From a virus: a stretch of 64,000 nucleotides of DNA. Both the position numbers and the translations under genes were made by a program. The notes beneath the pieces were generated by a model that had not been told where the DNA came from, made no database searches, and saw nothing but the letters and a program-made list of their open reading frames with translations. Numbering within the stretch: position 1 is the stretch's first letter; every line of letters begins with the position of its first letter. This document shows, in pieces, positions 59,318 through 64,000 of this stretch. The stretch is from positions 1 through 64,000 of the IMG/VR virus record IMGVR_UViG_3300042465_007464. One strand, 5' to 3'.

Positions 59318-62300
59318 TTATGCAATTTCGTAACTACCATTCCAAATAAAACGATCGGTGTTTGCCCAAGTAAATGGTTGAGTTGCATTTACATCTAATG
59401 CTGTGCTACCAGTTGATTGGTATTGTATTGCTGTTTTATAATTAAATCCAGCACGTGCACCATTTAATAGGGCATTATACCAAGCAGAACCATTATCTAA
59501 TAAATTTGCTGACATTAATATAGCATCTGCATGTGATGCAGTAAACGGCATCGATACATACCATTCTCCAGATCCAAACGTTGTAGTTGAACCCATTACT
59601 ATGTTGCCTCTAACAAAACATGTTTTACCGACTAATTTATACCACCCTTGTAATGATCCATTTCCAATTGCAGGATTTGAAGATGCGGCTGTCCATGACG
59701 GAGTATATGATGTCCACGCAGTTGTTATGTCTGATCCATTTATCGTTACAGATCCGGTAGATACTATAGATCCTGTTACTCGCAATGATCCAGTAACTAA
59801 AACGCTACCCGTTACATCTAAATTTGCAGATGGTGAAGTTTTACCAATACCAACATTACCTGCAGTATCTATGATAAACGGCGTCGTATCTGGATTTGTT
59901 GAATCTTCTACAAGGAATGATGCTGATGTAGATGTATTGTTGATATGTAATTTTGCCGTTGGTGGATATGCATCGTCACCCATTCCAACGTTACCGTTAG
60001 CCATAATTTGCACCATGGAACTAGTGTAGTTTTGGAACACAAATAAAGGTCTTGTTGATGAACTGGAGATTGCTGTATTATTTGCATATCGAGCTCCCAT
60101 TGATATAAGAGCCGATGTTCCAGTGTCATCTGTTGTTTGTATACGTGTTTGTATACCTAATGCAACTGTGTTTGACCCACTTTGAATTCCTCGTATAAAT
60201 GGAGAAAACACACCGTTAGCAGTAGTACCATTAACTATGTCTAAATATCCATCTGCATCTTGAACTTGTGCTTTGAAAACGTTTTCTGCATTTGCCGATC
60301 CAGATGCAGCTTCTATAGTTAATGGATACGATGATGATGTCGTACGAATACCTATATTACCATTACCTAGCAAAGTCATTGTAGGACGACGTATGCCGTT
60401 ACTACCTACATTTGCAAACATTATTCCACCATCAGGAGTGGTGCCATTGAAATCAGTTTTTTCTATGATTAACCCATCGCCTGAACCTACAGCACCGTTA
60501 TCTTCATATTTAAAACGTGCACCATCTGCCGCAGGAATTCCTGATGATGATTCTGCACCGAAATACAATGCTACATCCCCTACAATACCAGCACGTATTG
60601 AACCACTGACATCTAATAAAGTACTAGCCGGTGGAGTTGTAGTACCAATACCGATATTACCAGCAGCTGTCATCGTCATATAAGTTGTGCCGTTATTTCT
60701 CCATTGAAACAATGGACGGGTTGCGGCTGCGACGGATGAAGCATCAGTTCCAATTCGACTATCAAATACCGTTATTGGAGTTGTTCCAGAATCTACAGCA
60801 CCTCTACCTATTAAAAACGATGCAATTTGTGTTGTTGAATTTTGTCCTAGTATAGTTGGAGTGAAAATACCGTTAGTAGTCGTTCCATTTTGAATTCTTA
60901 AGTAACTGTCAGTATCGTCATCTACTTGGAATCTAGCAATATTTTCTTGTGTACTAGCAACGGCGCTAGTTTGTACATTAAATTGTACTCCGTCGGCTAA
61001 TGCACCAATACCAACTTCTCCAGAACCGGATATCGATAATCTTGGAAAATTATTTGTAATAAGTAATAAATTTCTATCTACAACATTTCCAAAAATAGTA
61101 TTTGTAAGTGAACTATAATCCAATGTTCCAATATGTGAAGATGAGCTCGATTCGATTTGAATTACTGGTCCGTCAGTTTCTAAATTCCGTATATACAATA
61201 TCCCATTTGGATTAGAAACTGATGACGTAAGATAAAAAAATTGAGGATATAATATCGGAATATTAGCATATCCGCCGGCTGGAGATACTTCTAATATTTC
61301 AGATACTTCTACTATGTGTGCAAATTGACGAAATGTTTGTAATGCATTTTCATAATGATTACTTAAATAACTAACAGTCCAAAATTCTGCACTTTGTAAC
61401 AACGTTGCTCGACAATTATAATCTAATGGCATAACCACGCCATCGTAATTTGTTCCCGCAACAGTTGCACGTCCTCTTTGAAATGCAATAGAATAGTTAT
61501 CGTAGCCATCATTGCCTTGAATGTACGAATCGGGCATATTTGGATGTGGTGCATTTTTAGCAAGGTATATCTTATTTGTTTGCGGATATTCCGATTCTAT
61601 AACAATAATTGACCCATATGAACGATATTGTCCAGACGACCCCCAAGAATCTGGATGTATTTTTATAGCACCTATAGGATACATTGTTTGTGATCCGGTA
61701 GAAAAGTTAGCTGGAAATTTTACGAACATTGCCGGCGAGGTACTTCCTGTGTAATTAGAATCGTGACTGCCAGTTAAATTTAAACACATATATGTACGAC
61801 CGCCATACGTATATGTTGACAAATGCGGATCCGAACTACTACTGATTTGTACTACTCGATATACATATAAATCTGCAGTATTAGTTCCTCGAAAATCGCC
61901 ATTACTAGCAGTAATATTTCCTGCACTATCTAAATGAAATCCACTTGATGAAATTTCAATATTACCATTTGCGCCTGATATAAACTGATTAGAACTACCT
62001 ACAAAGAATTTATCCGTACGGATATCTAATTCCGAATCTCGAGTTGAATAACGAAGATAACTTGCGGTATTCGCATACAATTCAATACCTACACCACTAT
62101 ACGCAGCGCCTTTACTTGTAGAACCCGATAATGCAGACCCAGACCATATTAAGAATCCCGGATTGCCTGCATCGAACCCTGTATACCCTAAGGATCTAAC
62201 ATATCCCGTGTTACGTTGTCCGGTAATTGCAATACCTGAACCTAATGCGTCAGCTACATACAATGAACCAGTTATCATAGAATAATCGCCATCTATGTAA

Positions 62301-63991
62301 CGATTTCCACCTTGCCATGATTTATCGTTAACATATGTTATTTGTTTGCTTCGATCTCCAGCTACATTGTAATATTCTATTTTAAATGAAAGTTGATTTC
62401 CTGATTTATGTGCTGTTGGAACTAAACTTCGTATACGAGTGTAATTTGGAGTATATCCTGAATCATTATCCGTTGTAGTTCGTACATCGGAAAATTGCCA
62501 AGTACCATTTTCCAAAACCAATAACAATGTAGCAGTTCCATCTTTATCTGCTTCGAAATTGAATACATAATCATCTAAACGTTGATTATCACTATCTAAT
62601 TCAATTTCTCCAATTCTGCGTCCTAATATAACAGGTAGTTGTTGATTGAATAAATCAGTGGAATCGAAATTGAATGCACTACCAGATAAATATACAGATA
62701 GTTTAGGTAGCAATTCATTATTGCTAGTTCCTATTGCATCAATTGTTATTTTGTATTCAGCTCCGCCAACAAATGTTGCAGCGTACGCAGATTTTATTTG
62801 TGCTACATGAACTGCATCAGATGCAGATACATCCGTACTACTAGAAACTAACATTGCATTGTTAAGTGATGAAGTAGTCCAAGTTAACGTAGGTGCCGTT
62901 GCTGTAGTTTTTCCTATATACGTACGTGCTTCCCAATACGTATCAATTATGCTTTGTGAAGTAAATGAACCGATACTTAAATATGGACTTAATGATGCGG
63001 TGCTACTTACAAACATTTCAGTTTCTACTAGTTCAACATCATTAATCAATTCCCACGTGCCAACAGTACCGTTATTGTTCATAAACGTTTTGATACGTGC
63101 AACATCGCCAGTTGCGGGTTGTAAACCTCGTATTTCTATTGCTGCATACGACTCGGAATTTTGAGTTGCAACATATGTAGGAGTTGCTTCATATGAAATT
63201 GAATATGAAGATGCATCAAAATTTTTGTAAGTATGAACGGTCATACTTGCACTATGTAATACTTGATATTCTGTATCTAATAGTGCTAACGAATCTGATA
63301 GTATTTTTTTTATTGTTGTAGTATACGCAGTTGTAGATAGCGTATAATCGGGAGTTGGAGTAGGATTTTGTGGCGTCGAAACTGTAATAGTTCCACCTAC
63401 CATATCTCTGGTAAATTTTCCGTTGTATAATTGTATAGCTGGTTGTTCTTGATATGATGTATATTGTACGGTGCCTGTTGAATACGTAGGAAATTGACCG
63501 TTCGTATACACGCGGTCTAAATGTACACCTACTTGTTCCGTAATATTTACTGTTGGTAATTCATCAAAAACAATTTCCGTTATATTCGGAGACATCGCAT
63601 TTACCGTAGATTCTCGAGTCCATTTAACGTTAGGAAGTCCTTGCCATTCATCGGGTACGTTAGCTGATTGGCCAATCATCGTAACCGTGCATGCACCAGA
63701 CGGAGTTTCTTCATAAACGTATATGGAAATGATTATGGAACCATCATCTGTTAAATAATCGACTACTTCATAATAAATCGGTTCGCCATTGAAATCAATT
63801 ATTTCAATATCTATAGGACTTCCATAAACAAATGCATCAGGATTACCTTTAAATCTAAATGAATTTTTACCAGCAGTAAATTGCGTAGGAAATTCAGTAA
63901 TTTGAAAATAATCCGGAGAATCTAGTGACGTATCTTCAACGTAAACTGGAGTATTTTGTAAATCTTTATAAATTATTTCTTTGCGTTTCAT
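59318..63991 (-). CDS. Very large virion structural / tail fibre protein
   Basis: Ser/Gly/Thr-rich with repeated GNIGIGTT.P...L.V modules and a C-terminal W.SYTP.W receptor-binding-type domain. Confidence 0.75.
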   Translation of the reverse strand: MKRKEIIYKDLQNTPVYVEDTSLDSPDYFQITEFPTQFTAGKNSFRFKGNPDAFVYGSPIDIEIIDFNGEPIYYEVVDYLTDDGSIIISIYVYEETPSGACTVTMIGQSANVPDEWQGLPNVKWTRESTVNAMSPNITEIVFDELPTVNITEQVGVHLDRVYTNGQFPTYSTGTVQYTSYQEQPAIQLYNGKFTRDMVGGTITVSTPQNPTPTPDYTLSTTAYTTTIKKILSDSLALLDTEYQVLHSASMTVHTYKNFDASSYSISYEATPTYVATQNSESYAAIEIRGLQPATGDVARIKTFMNNNGTVGTWELINDVELVETEMFVSSTASLSPYLSIGSFTSQSIIDTYWEARTYIGKTTATAPTLTWTTSSLNNAMLVSSSTDVSASDAVHVAQIKSAYAATFVGGAEYKITIDAIGTSNNELLPKLSVYLSGSAFNFDSTDLFNQQLPVILGRRIGEIELDSDNQRLDDYVFNFEADKDGTATLLLVLENGTWQFSDVRTTTDNDSGYTPNYTRIRSLVPTAHKSGNQLSFKIEYYNVAGDRSKQITYVNDKSWQGGNRYIDGDYSMITGSLYVADALGSGIAITGQRNTGYVRSLGYTGFDAGNPGFLIWSGSALSGSTSKGAAYSGVGIELYANTASYLRYSTRDSELDIRTDKFFVGSSNQFISGANGNIEISSSGFHLDSAGNITASNGDFRGTNTADLYVYRVVQISSSSDPHLSTYTYGGRTYMCLNLTGSHDSNYTGSTSPAMFVKFPANFSTGSQTMYPIGAIKIHPDSWGSSGQYRSYGSIIVIESEYPQTNKIYLAKNAPHPNMPDSYIQGNDGYDNYSIAFQRGRATVAGTNYDGVVMPLDYNCRATLLQSAEFWTVSYLSNHYENALQTFRQFAHIVEVSEILEVSPAGGYANIPILYPQFFYLTSSVSNPNGILYIRNLETDGPVIQIESSSSSHIGTLDYSSLTNTIFGNVVDRNLLLITNNFPRLSISGSGEVGIGALADGVQFNVQTSAVASTQENIARFQVDDDTDSYLRIQNGTTTNGIFTPTILGQNSTTQIASFLIGRGAVDSGTTPITVFDSRIGTDASSVAAATRPLFQWRNNGTTYMTMTAAGNIGIGTTTPPASTLLDVSGSIRAGIVGDVALYFGAESSSGIPAADGARFKYEDNGAVGSGDGLIIEKTDFNGTTPDGGIMFANVGSNGIRRPTMTLLGNGNIGIRTTSSSYPLTIEAASGSANAENVFKAQVQDADGYLDIVNGTTANGVFSPFIRGIQSGSNTVALGIQTRIQTTDDTGTSALISMGARYANNTAISSSSTRPLFVFQNYTSSMVQIMANGNVGMGDDAYPPTAKLHINNTSTSASFLVEDSTNPDTTPFIIDTAGNVGIGKTSPSANLDVTGSVLVTGSLRVTGSIVSTGSVTINGSDITTAWTSYTPSWTAASSNPAIGNGSLQGWYKLVGKTCFVRGNIVMGSTTTFGSGEWYVSMPFTASHADAILMSANLLDNGSAWYNALLNGARAGFNYKTAIQYQSTGSTALDVNATQPFTWANTDRFIWNGSYEIA

Positions 63992-64000
63992 CCACAGATA

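Overview
A 64-kb segment of a large T4-like myovirus genome. Every credible gene lies on the minus strand. The host is most likely Bacteroidota, judged from the QueE, HPRT, DUF5522 and bS21 sequence signatures and a Gln at +1 after a signal peptide. Reading in transcription direction (right to left), the window holds: (1) two very large Ser/Gly/Thr-rich fibre-like virion proteins; (2) a nucleotidyltransferase/ligase-fold polyprotein carrying an in-frame HNH insertion; (3) a head module (terminase, portal, prohead protease, ribosomal protein bS21, scaffold, major capsid, PhoH); (4) neck, tail and baseplate genes; (5) a replication block (PolA-like, gp32 SSB, UvsX, 5'-3' exonuclease, gp41 helicase, class II RNR, PolB, gp45 clamp, dUTPase). 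The replication block is interleaved with a 7-deazaguanine DNA-modification cluster: folE, queD, queE, a DpdL-like T-fold protein and a DpdA/TGT-fold enzyme, with no queC in the window. The cluster also has a glycosyltransferase, two sugar-type oxidoreductases, HPRT and a small transporter. The best candidate for an undescribed system is a clamp-tethered, probably glycosylating deazaguanine hypermodification pathway, because DpdA and PolB end in the same N-x-x-[RK]-F-F-x-F motif. Other highlights are the in-frame homing endonuclease in a protease-processed polyprotein, a +1/-2 tail-chaperone frameshift site, an RBS-sequestering hairpin over an HNH start codon, two promoter classes, a shared capsid-targeting leader peptide, and a possible bS21/Shine-Dalgarno translation switch. 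All functional calls come from motif recognition by eye; no searches were run.
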